From Candidatus Krumholzibacteriia bacterium (GTDB lineage Bacteria; Krumholzibacteriota; Krumholzibacteriia; LZORAL124-64-63): DNA of 64,000 nucleotides. Each line of letters starts with the position of its first letter. The stretch's first letter is position 1. The stretch covers positions 96,001 through 160,000 of the forward strand of contig JBFXKG010000009.1 in assembly GCA_050174015.1 (NCBI GenBank), written 5' to 3'. Below are positions 9,510-19,128 of the stretch, one piece after another. A program made the translations under genes and the position numbers. The notes below the pieces were generated by a model. It was not told where the DNA came from. It ran no database searches and saw only the letters and a program-made list of their open reading frames with translations.

Positions 9510-11204
9510 TCAGATCAATCGGTCCAGGGGTGCGAGGGGGGAATGGCCGTAGACGTGGGCGTCCAGCCAATCGGCGCAATCCACCCCGGTGACGGTCAGG
9601 ACGGCCGCCTGGAGGGCGCGGCGGTCGAAGGTGGTGCCGGCCTTTTCGGTGTACAGGTAGCGCAGGACCTCGTCCAGGGGTCGCATCATGCCGGTCGCCG
9701 CGGCAAGGTGCTGGTCCAGGGCCATGCACGCGGCGACCCCGCCGGCGTAGGCGAACCGGACCTGGCCCGCCGAGGCCATGACCTCCGAGGCGGCAGTCGC
9801 GATGGGCATCGTGCCCACCAGGGGGTTGCCGGCGTAGTCCCGGGCCAGCCGGCCCTGCAGAACCTCGCGGGCGTGTTCGGGGTCCCAGATCCCCGCGGCC
9901 GTCAGCATGCGCGCGGCGTACCAGGTGGTGGCGCCCTCGGTGAACCACAGGGTCTCGGGGTCGGTCTGGGGAATGGCCTCGCCGAGCCAGCCGTGGAACA
10001 TCTCGTGGGCGATCACGCTGGCCACGTTGCCGGTGAACTGCTCCCAGGTGGTTTCGGGGTGCAGCATGACCAGGACCGAGCTGCCGGTGTGCAGGCCGTA
10101 GCAGTCGAATCCCCCTTCGGCGGTCACGGTGTTGGCCGCCAGCATGACCGTGATCTGGCGGGTGGGAGCGTCGCCGAAGAAACCGATCTCGGTGCGCGCG
10201 ACGCGCCGCACCAGGTCGACGGCCAGGTCCACGGGGAAGCGCCACTGCCGGTCGGTGGCGAATCGGATCACCGTGTCGCGGGCCTGGCTGGCGGCGGTCC
10301 GGATGTCCCCGCAAACCAGCAGGGCGTTGTTCAGGTCGGCGAGATCCCGCGGGTGGTACAGCAGGCTGGCCGCCACCGGATGGGTGTCGGGGAGGCGGGG
10401 GCCCCGTCCGCCGCGCCCGTCCGCGGTCGGGGTCTCCGGCCGGAATCCCGGCAGCCCCGGGGAGATGCTTGCGGAACCCACCGGATCCCGCGCGGAATCC
10501 GCCACCGCGGCGGCGGCGAGGTTCCGGTCCACCAGGGCGGGCCAGGGCACCAGGAAAGGCAGGTTGCCGGGGTTGTGGACGGCCACGGTCAGGGTTCCCG
10601 CCGGATGGCCCACCGGCTCCAGGAAGATCTCGTATCCGGCAGCTCTCAGCCCTCCGTTCACCGGGGCGGTGATGTGCCGGCGGACGTCCTGCTCCATCCC
10701 GGGGGCCCGGTAGAGGTCGATCCGGTAGCTGACGCCCACCCGGGAGGTTCCGGAGGCGTGGAGCCGCCAGCCGTCCGGGGTGGGGGACAGCGGGAGGGCC
10801 CGGCCCCGGGAACCATCCGCCGTCAGGAGGAAGGCCTCGGGGGTGTGGACTTCCACCCCGTCCCGGGTTTCCGCGTAGACCCCGGGGGCGAACTCCAGGT
10901 CCAGCTCGTCCGGCAGCTTGCCCTCGGCGATCATGGTGATGGTCAGGACTCCCCGGGGGGCGGCCCCGAGGTCCACCTCGTAGGTCAGGTCCAGGGGATG
11001 GGAGGGGCGGGGGTGCAGGCCCCACACCGTCAGACCGAGCAGGAGGGCGGGAATCAGGACGGCCAGGAGTGACCAGGGGCGGTTCCGGCCGGAGGAGGAA
11101 GCCTGGGAACCGCCCGGGTCACCGGAATGAGGGCGCAGCCGGTGGGGGTCCCCGCCGCGCCGGGAGACGTACCTTTCGAGTGCGGATTGCGATGCCCTGG
11201 ACAT
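9510..11204 (-). CDS. Membrane-anchored zinc aminopeptidase (M61/M1-like)
   Basis: IAHEMFHGW, WFTEGATTWY, YAGG; one TM near the N-terminus. Start uncertain. Confidence 0.75.
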   Translation of the reverse strand: MSRASQSALERYVSRRGGDPHRLRPHSGDPGGSQASSSGRNRPWSLLAVLIPALLLGLTVWGLHPRPSHPLDLTYEVDLGAAPRGVLTITMIAEGKLPDELDLEFAPGVYAETRDGVEVHTPEAFLLTADGSRGRALPLSPTPDGWRLHASGTSRVGVSYRIDLYRAPGMEQDVRRHITAPVNGGLRAAGYEIFLEPVGHPAGTLTVAVHNPGNLPFLVPWPALVDRNLAAAAVADSARDPVGSASISPGLPGFRPETPTADGRGGRGPRLPDTHPVAASLLYHPRDLADLNNALLVCGDIRTAASQARDTVIRFATDRQWRFPVDLAVDLVRRVARTEIGFFGDAPTRQITVMLAANTVTAEGGFDCYGLHTGSSVLVMLHPETTWEQFTGNVASVIAHEMFHGWLGEAIPQTDPETLWFTEGATTWYAARMLTAAGIWDPEHAREVLQGRLARDYAGNPLVGTMPIATAASEVMASAGQVRFAYAGGVAACMALDQHLAAATGMMRPLDEVLRYLYTEKAGTTFDRRALQAAVLTVTGVDCADWLDAHVYGHSPLAPLDRLI

Positions 11205-11388
11205 GCCCGATCTTTCTTTGCAAGGCTGGGGGGGGTGGAGGATTCCCCGTGGTTCCCCGTCGTTCCCCATCCCTCCCCGGAACGGCCCCTGCCGGGGCAT
11301 CCTATCCCGTTGATGCAACCAGCGTGCCGGGGTGGTATCCTGGAACGGTTGATGCGGCAACCATTCCCGCAAACCGGAAAGGTGGACC

Positions 11389-12189
11389 ATGGACCTGGAA
11401 ATCCAGGGCAAAACGGCTTTGATCTGCGCGGCCTCCCGCGGCTTCGGCAAGGCCACCGCCCTGCGCCTGGCGGCCGAGGGGGTCAAGGTCGCCATGTGCG
11501 CCAGAGGGAGGGAAACCCTGGCTGAGGCCGCCGGCGAGGCGGCCGCCCTCGCGGCCGGAGGCGCCCGGGACGTCCTGGCCCGCGCCGTCGACGTCACCGA
11601 TGCGGGCGCGATGAGAGACTTGGTGAACGAGGCCGAGCAGGTCCTGGGGCCCATCGACCTGCTGCTGGTCAACGCGGGGGGACCGCCCGCTGGCCGCTTC
11701 GCCGACCTCGACGGCGACCAGTGGGACGCCGCTTATCGCCTGAATCTGGCCAGCGCGGTGGATCTCTGCCGCCTGGTCATGCCCGGCATGATGGAGCGGG
11801 GCTGGGGCCGCATCGTGCAGGTCACCTCGGTGAGCGTCAAGCAGCCGGTGGAGAACCTGATGCTCAGCAGCGTCATCCGGCCGGCCGCCCATGCCCTGGC
11901 GCGGTGGCTGGCGGTCGAGGCGGCCCCCCGGGGGGTGACCGTCAACTCGGTGGCGCCCGGCTTCCACACCACCAGCGCGGTGGAGCGTCTCATCGCCCGC
12001 AAGATGGCGGACACCGGTTGCACCCGTGAGGACGTCATCGCCGGCTGGACCCGGGACATTCCCCTGGGCCGACTGGGAGATCCCGACGAGTTGGCGGCCC
12101 TGATCGTCTTTCTGATGTCCGGTCCGGCGGGCTACATCACCGGCCAGTGCATCGCCTCGGACGGGGGCTGGGTCAAGGGGACGTTCTGA
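11389..12189 (+). CDS. SDR family oxidoreductase
   Basis: AASRGFG, NAGGPP, VTVNSVAPG, IPLGRLG, YITG...DGG. Confidence 0.92.
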   Translation: MDLEIQGKTALICAASRGFGKATALRLAAEGVKVAMCARGRETLAEAAGEAAALAAGGARDVLARAVDVTDAGAMRDLVNEAEQVLGPIDLLLVNAGGPPAGRFADLDGDQWDAAYRLNLASAVDLCRLVMPGMMERGWGRIVQVTSVSVKQPVENLMLSSVIRPAAHALARWLAVEAAPRGVTVNSVAPGFHTTSAVERLIARKMADTGCTREDVIAGWTRDIPLGRLGDPDELAALIVFLMSGPAGYITGQCIASDGGWVKGTF

Positions 12190-12201
12190 GCGGAGGATCC
12201 C

Positions 12202-12229
12202 TTGACAGCCGGGTTTTCGGTCGTATCTT
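12202..12229 (+). promoter_or_regulatory. Sigma70-type promoter
   Basis: TTGACA-N16-TATCTT upstream of two small ORFs. Confidence 0.6.
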
Positions 12230-12269
12230 GTAGTCAATGAACTGCGCAATTCGATAAGTCCCGGAGCCG

Positions 12270-12374
12270 ATGGCCCGGAAAGGACCATGGATGCTGAAGA
12301 TCCTGCTGTTCGTCGCGATCTACCTGGTGGTGGTGAACTTCGTGTTGCCGCGCCTGGGGATCAAGCCCGGCTGA
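12270..12374 (+). CDS. Small single-TM protein; possible UGA(Sec) read-through to 12422
   Basis: Own translation: MARKGPWMLKILLFVAIYLVVVNFVLPRLGIKPG-TGA-GPDSCSIGDRDRKKR-TAG. GGAG SD; alternative ATG at 12291. Confidence 0.65.
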   Translation: MARKGPWMLKILLFVAIYLVVVNFVLPRLGIKPG

Positions 12375-12453
12375 GGCCCCGATTCGTGCTCGATCGGGGA
12401 TCGGGACAGGAAGAAACGCTAGAGGGGCGAACGCCCGTTCCGGAGGTCTGCTC

Positions 12454-12657
12454 GTGCCGATGTTCGAGTTTTCCTGCAAGAAGTGCGGCCACCAGTTCGA
12501 GGACCTGGTGACCCTGGCCGAACTGGAGGCCGGCGAGGTCGAGTGCCCCGCCTGCGGCAGCAAGAAGGTCGAGCGGGGGTTCTCCACCTTCGCCACCAGC
12601 GGAGGCGACGGCGGGGGATTCAGCGCCGGAGGCTGCGGCCACGGCGGGTTCTCCTGA
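12454..12657 (+). CDS. FmdB-family zinc-ribbon protein
   Basis: MPMFEFSCKKCGHQFE...CPACGS...GGCGHGGFS-TGA; GGAGG SD. Confidence 0.9.
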   Translation: MPMFEFSCKKCGHQFEDLVTLAELEAGEVECPACGSKKVERGFSTFATSGGDGGGFSAGGCGHGGFS

Positions 12658-12701
12658 GCATCCTGACGCGAGCGCGGCAGGATGTCGCGTGAAATCCACT
12701 G

Positions 12702-12729
12702 GAAGGGGCTGCCGATCGGCGGCCCTTTC
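12702..12729. terminator. Hairpin between convergent genes
   Basis: GAAGGGGCTGCC GATC GGCGGCCCTTTC. Confidence 0.5.
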
Positions 12730-12744
12730 GCATGCCGGGGCCGA

Positions 12745-15700
12745 TCATGGCACCTCGGCTTTCCCGTCCAGGGCGCCCCGCACCGCCCGCAGCAGCGAGG
12801 CCTGCGAATAGGGTTTCTGCACCAGGTGCAGGCCCTCGTGGAGCACGAAGTTGGTGTGGACGGCGTTCCGGCTGTAACCGCTGCAGAACAGGACCGGAAC
12901 CCCTGACCGGATCTCCTGGCATCGCCGGTGGGCTTCCTGGCCTCCGGCCCGCGGCATGACCACGTCCAGGATCAGCAGATCCACTTCCGCGGCGTGGGCG
13001 GAGAAGGCCGTGACGGCCTCCTCACCGTCGGCCGCGGTCAGGACGCGATACCCCGAGCGGGTGAGGATGGTCTCGGCCAGATTGCGCACGGCCTGGTCGT
13101 CCTCGGCCAGCAGGATGGTCTCGGTCCCGCCCTTGACCCCGCCTTCGATCAGGCGTCCCACGGCGGTCGCCTTCTGCTGGCTGACGGGCAGGTAGACCTT
13201 GACCGTGGTCCCCTTGCCCACCTCGCTGTAGGCGTTGATCATCCCATCGTGCTGCTTGACGATGCCGTAGACCGTGGCCAGGCCGAGGCCGGTCCCCTGG
13301 CCCTCCTCCTTGGTGGTGTAGAACGGCTCGAAGATGCGCTGGAGATCCGGGGCGGGGATGCCGCAGCCCGTGTCGGTCACGCTGAGGAGCACGTACCGGC
13401 CCGGCTGGGCCCAGGGGTGGCTCTCGCAATAATCGGAATCGACCAGGACGTTCTGGGTCTCGATGATCAGGGTCCCGCCTCCGGCCATGGCGTCCCGGGC
13501 GTTGACGCAGAGGTTCACGACCACCTGCTCGATCATGCCCGCATCGGCGAACACCGCGCCGGGATTGGTGCCGGGCAGCCATTCGAGGCGGATGTGCTCG
13601 CCGATGAGCCGGCGCAGCATCTTCAGCAGGTTGTCGATGAGGGCGTTGAGGTCCAGGGAATCGGGCTGCATCACCTGGCGGCGGCTGAAGGCGAGCAGCT
13701 GCCGGGTCAGGCTGGCCGCCCGCTCGGCGCCCTTGAAGATCTCGGCCAGCTCCTCGGGAACCGGGCTGCCTGCGGCCCGCTCTTCGATGAGGATCTGGGT
13801 GTATCCCATGATGGCCTGCAGGATGTTGTTGAAGTCGTGGGCGACGCCTCCGGCGAGCTGTCCCACGGCCTCCATCTTCTGGGCCTGCAGGAGCTGCCGT
13901 TGCAGGGCTTCGCGGTCGCGCTCGGCGTTCCGGCGGGCCAGACGGTCGCCCATGGCGCCGAGGCCGAGGCAGAGCTCGGCCGCCATCTCCGCGAAGAGCT
14001 GCCTTTCCTCTTCATCCGGCCCGTGGCCGGGAGGCAGCGAGGCGATCAGGTAACCGACGGGTTTCCCGTCCCGGATCAACCCGATCCCCAGGGCGGCGGA
14101 CGGTCCCTCGCAGCAGTCGGAACCCCCCCCGGACAGGGCCCGCGGTTCGCAGCCGGGGATCTCGACGGCGCCGGTCCTGCCCGCGAGGGCCTGGCAACAG
14201 CCGGGCATCGACCCTCCCTCAAGTTGCTCCGCGGCGCCCGGACAGGGCCCCAGGCCGCTTTCGGCCCAGGCCACGGGCCTGCCTTCGGGGTCGGTCAGGA
14301 TGATCAGGACCCCGTGGTAGCTCCCGTATTCGACCAGCCTGGCGCCGGCCTCCCGGATGAGGGTCTGAGGGTCCCCGGCTTCGCGGACGAGCCGGCTGAC
14401 GGCCCGCAGGGCCAGCAGGACACGGTTCAGATGGCGGATGTGCTCGTGGGCCGCCTTCTCCAGGCTGATGTCCTCCATCGCGCCCATCACCCCGATCATG
14501 GCGCCCGAACCGTCGAGCAAGGGGGCGGTGGACAGGCGTCCGGTGAACCGGCTGCCGTCCTTGCGGAGGCGCACGACCTCCCGGCCGAGGAATCCCGACC
14601 CGGCTTCCAGGTGCCGAAGGTTTTCCTCGAATTCGGTCCGGCGATCCTCCGGAACGATGGGCAGGGGCCGGCCGAGGACCTCGGTGTCGGACCAGCCGAA
14701 CACCCGCTCGGCGGAGGAATTCCAGGTCTGGACCCTACCCCGGGTGTCGATGGTGTACAGGGCGACCGGGGAGCAGGCGATCAAGGAGCGCAGGTATTCC
14801 TCCCTGCTCCGCAGGTCGTCCGTGCGGGCGGCCACCTGCCGGCGCAGAGACCATGACCAGACCAGGACCACCAGCAGGATCGCCAGCAGGGCGCCGAGCC
14901 CCAGGGCGGCCCGGCGCAGGAGCTCGGGGGTCAGCAGGTGGCCCTCGCGGTAGACCCCGAGCCACTTCTCCCGGATGCGCCGGTATTCGCCGCTTTCCTC
15001 CAGGGCCTTGAGCCCTTCCCCGAACTGGGCGAGCAGGGCCTTGTTCCCGTTGCGCACGGCGAAGCAGTAGTCGGGGGAAAGGAGGGGGCGGCGGCCGATC
15101 TCCAGTTCGGTCCACCCTTCCTTTTCGATCCAGTAAAGGGCGGTCAGGCGGGAGACCAGGGCGACGTCCTGCCTGCCTTCGACCACCTCCCGCATCGCCT
15201 CGCCCTGGGACTCGACCGTCGTCAGGCCCTGCTGCAGCCCGTGTTCGACGGCGAAGTCGTGCATGATGTCCCCGGTCTCGGCGACGATCCGCAGTCCCTG
15301 GAGACCCCGGGGATCCTCGGGAGGCCGCACGGGCCCCTGCCGGCGCACCACCGCGACGCAGGAGTTCACCAGGTGGGGCTGGCTCAGGTCGAAGCTGAGG
15401 TCCCGCGCCGGGGAATAGAACATCCCCTGCACCAGGTCGATCCGGCCGTCGAGCAGGGCGGAGGTGATCTCGGGCCAGGGGCCGAGCCGGATGTCCACCT
15501 CGACGCCTACCTGCCTGGCGATCGCGCGGGTCAGATCGACGTTGAATCCGGTCGGTCGGCCGATCTCGTCAAGGTATTCGTAAGGGGGGTAGTCCCGGTC
15601 TCCGCCCACCAGGATGGGCCTGTCCGAGGGAAGCTCCAGGGCGGCGAACCACTTGTGATGGAGGTGGCGGAACGTCCCGTCGGCCATGACCAGGGCCAGC

Positions 15701-16416
15701 CCCTCGTTGAGCATGGCCAGGGTCTCGCGGTCCCCATCCTTGACGGCGAAGCAGAAGTCCTGCCGGAAGTCCTCGAGAGGCCGGGGCACGATCTCGAGGT
15801 CGTCCAGGCCGGCCTGGGCGATCAGCCGCAGGGCGACCAGGTGCTGGCTGACCACGGCGTCGTGGCGCCCTTCGGCCAGCTCGCGCAGGGCCTCCTGGAA
15901 GCTGGAGGTGGTCCGGATGGTCAGGTCTATGTCCTGGCGCCGGAGGTATTCCTCGGCGTTGTCGCCCTGCATGACGGCGACTGTGCGCCCCGCCAGGTCG
16001 GCCAGCCCGTGGACCTCGGACGCGCCCCTGCGCACCACGATGGCCCCGTGCATCGTCATGTAGGGGAAGGTGAAGTCGAAGACGTCCTCCCGCTCGGGCG
16101 TGCGGCCCACCAGGGGCAGGACCGCCACCTCGCCCCTCTCGAGCCACCCGCGGACCTCTGGCCAGGGCCCCGTCCAGAAGGTGACCTCGCGGTCCACTGC
16201 GGCCAGGGCGGCGCGCAACAGCTCGACCGAGAATCCGTCCGGCGAGCCGTCGGGTCTCACGAGGCAGAAGGGAGGGTAGTCGATCTCGCTGGCCGAAAGG
16301 ATCACCGCACGGGAGGGGGAGGCCTGTTCGTCGACGGTGGCGGCGGGGTCGGGATTCCCGGAGGAGGGGGAGGCCAGGAGAGCGAGGAGGAATGCGAGGG
16401 CCAAAATTTTCCGCAT
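12745..16416 (-). CDS. Hybrid sensor histidine kinase (2x periplasmic SBP, TM, PAS, GAF-like, HisKA, HATPase, REC)
   Basis: DYPPF and DYPPY SBP repeats; AGGVAHDFNN; NLCVNARDAM; DTGCG; GTGLGL; LDVVMP. Confidence 0.93.
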   Translation of the reverse strand: MRKILALAFLLALLASPSSGNPDPAATVDEQASPSRAVILSASEIDYPPFCLVRPDGSPDGFSVELLRAALAAVDREVTFWTGPWPEVRGWLERGEVAVLPLVGRTPEREDVFDFTFPYMTMHGAIVVRRGASEVHGLADLAGRTVAVMQGDNAEEYLRRQDIDLTIRTTSSFQEALRELAEGRHDAVVSQHLVALRLIAQAGLDDLEIVPRPLEDFRQDFCFAVKDGDRETLAMLNEGLALVMADGTFRHLHHKWFAALELPSDRPILVGGDRDYPPYEYLDEIGRPTGFNVDLTRAIARQVGVEVDIRLGPWPEITSALLDGRIDLVQGMFYSPARDLSFDLSQPHLVNSCVAVVRRQGPVRPPEDPRGLQGLRIVAETGDIMHDFAVEHGLQQGLTTVESQGEAMREVVEGRQDVALVSRLTALYWIEKEGWTELEIGRRPLLSPDYCFAVRNGNKALLAQFGEGLKALEESGEYRRIREKWLGVYREGHLLTPELLRRAALGLGALLAILLVVLVWSWSLRRQVAARTDDLRSREEYLRSLIACSPVALYTIDTRGRVQTWNSSAERVFGWSDTEVLGRPLPIVPEDRRTEFEENLRHLEAGSGFLGREVVRLRKDGSRFTGRLSTAPLLDGSGAMIGVMGAMEDISLEKAAHEHIRHLNRVLLALRAVSRLVREAGDPQTLIREAGARLVEYGSYHGVLIILTDPEGRPVAWAESGLGPCPGAAEQLEGGSMPGCCQALAGRTGAVEIPGCEPRALSGGGSDCCEGPSAALGIGLIRDGKPVGYLIASLPPGHGPDEEERQLFAEMAAELCLGLGAMGDRLARRNAERDREALQRQLLQAQKMEAVGQLAGGVAHDFNNILQAIMGYTQILIEERAAGSPVPEELAEIFKGAERAASLTRQLLAFSRRQVMQPDSLDLNALIDNLLKMLRRLIGEHIRLEWLPGTNPGAVFADAGMIEQVVVNLCVNARDAMAGGGTLIIETQNVLVDSDYCESHPWAQPGRYVLLSVTDTGCGIPAPDLQRIFEPFYTTKEEGQGTGLGLATVYGIVKQHDGMINAYSEVGKGTTVKVYLPVSQQKATAVGRLIEGGVKGGTETILLAEDDQAVRNLAETILTRSGYRVLTAADGEEAVTAFSAHAAEVDLLILDVVMPRAGGQEAHRRCQEIRSGVPVLFCSGYSRNAVHTNFVLHEGLHLVQKPYSQASLLRAVRGALDGKAEVP

Positions 16417-16756
16417 GACAGCTCCGTAAGGGGAATTCCGGTGGATCATGACTGCATCCTATCATCGGAATATCTTCAGGGAAAGCACGGGAAATGGGCC
16501 AGGGAACGGTTTGCGACCCCGGTGCGGGGCCGGGTCCTGGCGCAGGGTTTCGGCGGTCTTCATAATTTTGGATAAAAAGGTCCTTTTCTCCTTTTATTGC
16601 GGCTCCCAATAGACTACAATTTAACTAGGAATAGATCCCGACCCCGGTCCGGAATCTCCAGCTCCTGGGCCGGGGAGTCCGCGGGGGTGGAAGACCCGGT
16701 GCGCGGGGATGCCTTCCCCTCTCTGGAAGAGGCCCCGTCTGCAAAGGAGATCGACG

Positions 16757-17209
16757 ATGACTGGAAGACTAGGTCCGATCCTTCTGGCAGCCTTCATCCT
16801 GGCCGGTCTGGCCGGCTGCAAGTCCGGTTCGGAGGAAAAGGCGGCCGGCGGGAGCCCCGCGGAGATGGCTGCGGCTTTGAACGAGGGGCCCAGGGCCGCG
16901 GAGTCCATGACCCTCAACCCGGGCCTGGCCTCCTGGGGGGAACAGCTCTTCAAGGACAAGGCCTGCGTGACCTGCCATGCGGTGGGTGAGCGCAAGCAGG
17001 GGCCCGACCTGGCGGGCGTGGCCGACCGCCGCACCGAGCGCTGGATGAAACGCCAGATCATGGATCCCGAATGGATGCTCAAGAACGATCCCATCGCCCG
17101 CGGATTGATGGCCGAGTACGCCCTGCAGATGGCCAACCAGCAGGTCAAGGACGCCGAGGCCAACGCCCTGATCCAGTACCTGCTGCGCGAGACCTTGGCC
17201 AGGCGTTGA
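16757..17209 (+). CDS. Monoheme cytochrome c lipoprotein of the nos cluster
   Basis: Lipobox LAGC, CVTCH, GPDL, distal Met (LQMANQ); AAGGAG SD. Confidence 0.9.
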   Translation: MTGRLGPILLAAFILAGLAGCKSGSEEKAAGGSPAEMAAALNEGPRAAESMTLNPGLASWGEQLFKDKACVTCHAVGERKQGPDLAGVADRRTERWMKRQIMDPEWMLKNDPIARGLMAEYALQMANQQVKDAEANALIQYLLRETLARR

Positions 17210-17249
17210 TGTGCCGGGCCCCGATCCATCGACATTCAGGAAGGAGACC

Positions 17250-19112
17250 ATGATGCGCCGATTTCCGATCCCAGGCCGGATCCTGATGGTGTTCGCGGCG
17301 GCGGCCCTCGCTGGGTTGCTGGCCAACGGTTGCAACGGTGGCGGGGGCGGGGGCGGGAACGGGGCTGGGGGCGCCACCGGCGATGCGGCCCAGAGGGTCT
17401 ACGTGGCCCCCGGCGAATACGACGACTACTACGCCTTCCTGTCCGGCGGGCATTCGGGGCAGGTGTTCGTGTACGGCCTGCCCAGCGGCCGGCACCTGAA
17501 CACCATCCCCGTGTTCACTCCCGAATCGGCGAGCGGGTGGGGCTTCGACGAGGACTCCAAGGCCATGCTGGGCGGCTTCCTCTGGGGCGACGCCCACCAT
17601 CCGGGCCTCTCGGAGACCGCCGGCGACTACGACGGCCGCTGGCTGTTCATCAACGACATGGCCAACGCCCGCATCGCCCGCATCGATCTGGACGTGTTCA
17701 AGACGAAGCAGATCATCGGGCCGCTGCCGAACGTCTCGGCCAACCACGCCTCGACCTTCGTGACCGAGAACACCGAGTACGTGTTCGCCGCCAGCCGCTT
17801 CTCGGTCCCGGTGCCCAACACCTACCAGTCCATCGCCGAGTACAAGAACAAGTTCAACGGCGTGATCGCGGCGGTGGCCATCGCCGGGGACGGCACCATG
17901 AGCCTGGACTTCGAGATCCTGACCCCTCCCTTCCACTGGGACAAGTCCGACGCGGGCAAGGGCCCCAGCCACGGCTGGGTCTTCTTCTCCTGCTACAATT
18001 CCGAGCAGGCCTACACCAAGCTCGAGGTCAACGCGAGCCAGAACGAGCGCGACTTCATCGCGGCCGTGGACTGGCGCAAGGGCCGCGAGGCCGTGGCCGC
18101 GGGCAAGTTCCAGGTGATCGAAGGGGCCAAGGTCATCGACCCGGCCGAGGTGCCGGGCCTGATGTATCTGCTGCCCACGCCCAAGTCGCCCCACGGGGTG
18201 GACATCGACCCGTCGGGGACCAGGATCATCGGCAACGGCAAGCTGGCCGCGGTCACCGTGGTCCACAGCTTCGAGAAGTTCCAGCAGGCCGTGGCCGCCA
18301 AGGACTTCATCGGCGAGTACGGCGGCATCCCCGTGGTTCGCTACGAGGCGACCAGGGTGGCCGAGGTGCCGGTGGGGCTGGGCCCGCTGCACACCCAGTT
18401 CGACGGCCGCGGCTTCGCCTACACCAGCCTGTTCCTGGACAGCCAGGTGGCCAAGTGGAGCCTCGACACCTACGAGGTGGTGGACAAGGTGGACGTCCAC
18501 TATTCCATCGGGCACCTGACCGCCAGCGAGGGCGACACCAGGCATCCTACCGGGGAGTGGCTGCTGGCCCTGAACAAGATCTCCAAGGACCGCTACCTGC
18601 CCATGGGCCCCACGCATCCGGAGGGCGCCCAGCTCGTCGACCTGACCCGGCCGACCATGGAGCTGATCCTGGACATCCCCACCTACATGGAGCCCCACTA
18701 CGGGCAGATCATCAAGGCCGACAAGCTGATCCCCAACGTCAAGGTGATCTTCCCCATCGAGGAGAACCACCACGCCCACCGCGCCCTGAACGAGGAGGAG
18801 ACCAGCATCGTGCGCGACGGCAAGGACGTGCACGTGAAGATGGTGGCGGTGCGCACCCACTTCTATCCCGACACCCTGACCATCGACCTGGGGGAGACCG
18901 TGTACTTCCACGTGACCAACGTGGAACAGGACCGGGACATCGCCCATGGATTCGGCATCCTGCGCAGCAACGTCGACTTCCAGATCGAGCCGGGCGAGAC
19001 CAAGACGGCGAAGTTCAAGCCGGAGAAGCCGGGAATCTACCCGTTCTACTGTTCGAACTTCTGTTCGGCGCTGCACCAGGAGATGCAGGGATACCTGGCG
19101 GTGCGGCCATGA
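17250..19112 (+). CDS. nosZ: Clade II (Sec-dependent) nitrous-oxide reductase
   Basis: SGGHSGQ; CuZ His motifs DAHH, NHA, PHG, PLH, GH, EPH; CuA ligands AHGF and CSNFCSALHQEM. Confidence 0.96.
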   Translation: MMRRFPIPGRILMVFAAAALAGLLANGCNGGGGGGGNGAGGATGDAAQRVYVAPGEYDDYYAFLSGGHSGQVFVYGLPSGRHLNTIPVFTPESASGWGFDEDSKAMLGGFLWGDAHHPGLSETAGDYDGRWLFINDMANARIARIDLDVFKTKQIIGPLPNVSANHASTFVTENTEYVFAASRFSVPVPNTYQSIAEYKNKFNGVIAAVAIAGDGTMSLDFEILTPPFHWDKSDAGKGPSHGWVFFSCYNSEQAYTKLEVNASQNERDFIAAVDWRKGREAVAAGKFQVIEGAKVIDPAEVPGLMYLLPTPKSPHGVDIDPSGTRIIGNGKLAAVTVVHSFEKFQQAVAAKDFIGEYGGIPVVRYEATRVAEVPVGLGPLHTQFDGRGFAYTSLFLDSQVAKWSLDTYEVVDKVDVHYSIGHLTASEGDTRHPTGEWLLALNKISKDRYLPMGPTHPEGAQLVDLTRPTMELILDIPTYMEPHYGQIIKADKLIPNVKVIFPIEENHHAHRALNEEETSIVRDGKDVHVKMVAVRTHFYPDTLTIDLGETVYFHVTNVEQDRDIAHGFGILRSNVDFQIEPGETKTAKFKPEKPGIYPFYCSNFCSALHQEMQGYLAVRP

Positions 19113-19128
19113 CCGGAAGGACGAGTCC

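Noticed and set aside
12287..12511. 74-aa ORF from the track
   Set aside because: The overlapping frame at 12270/12291 gives a clean TM peptide with better codon usage.
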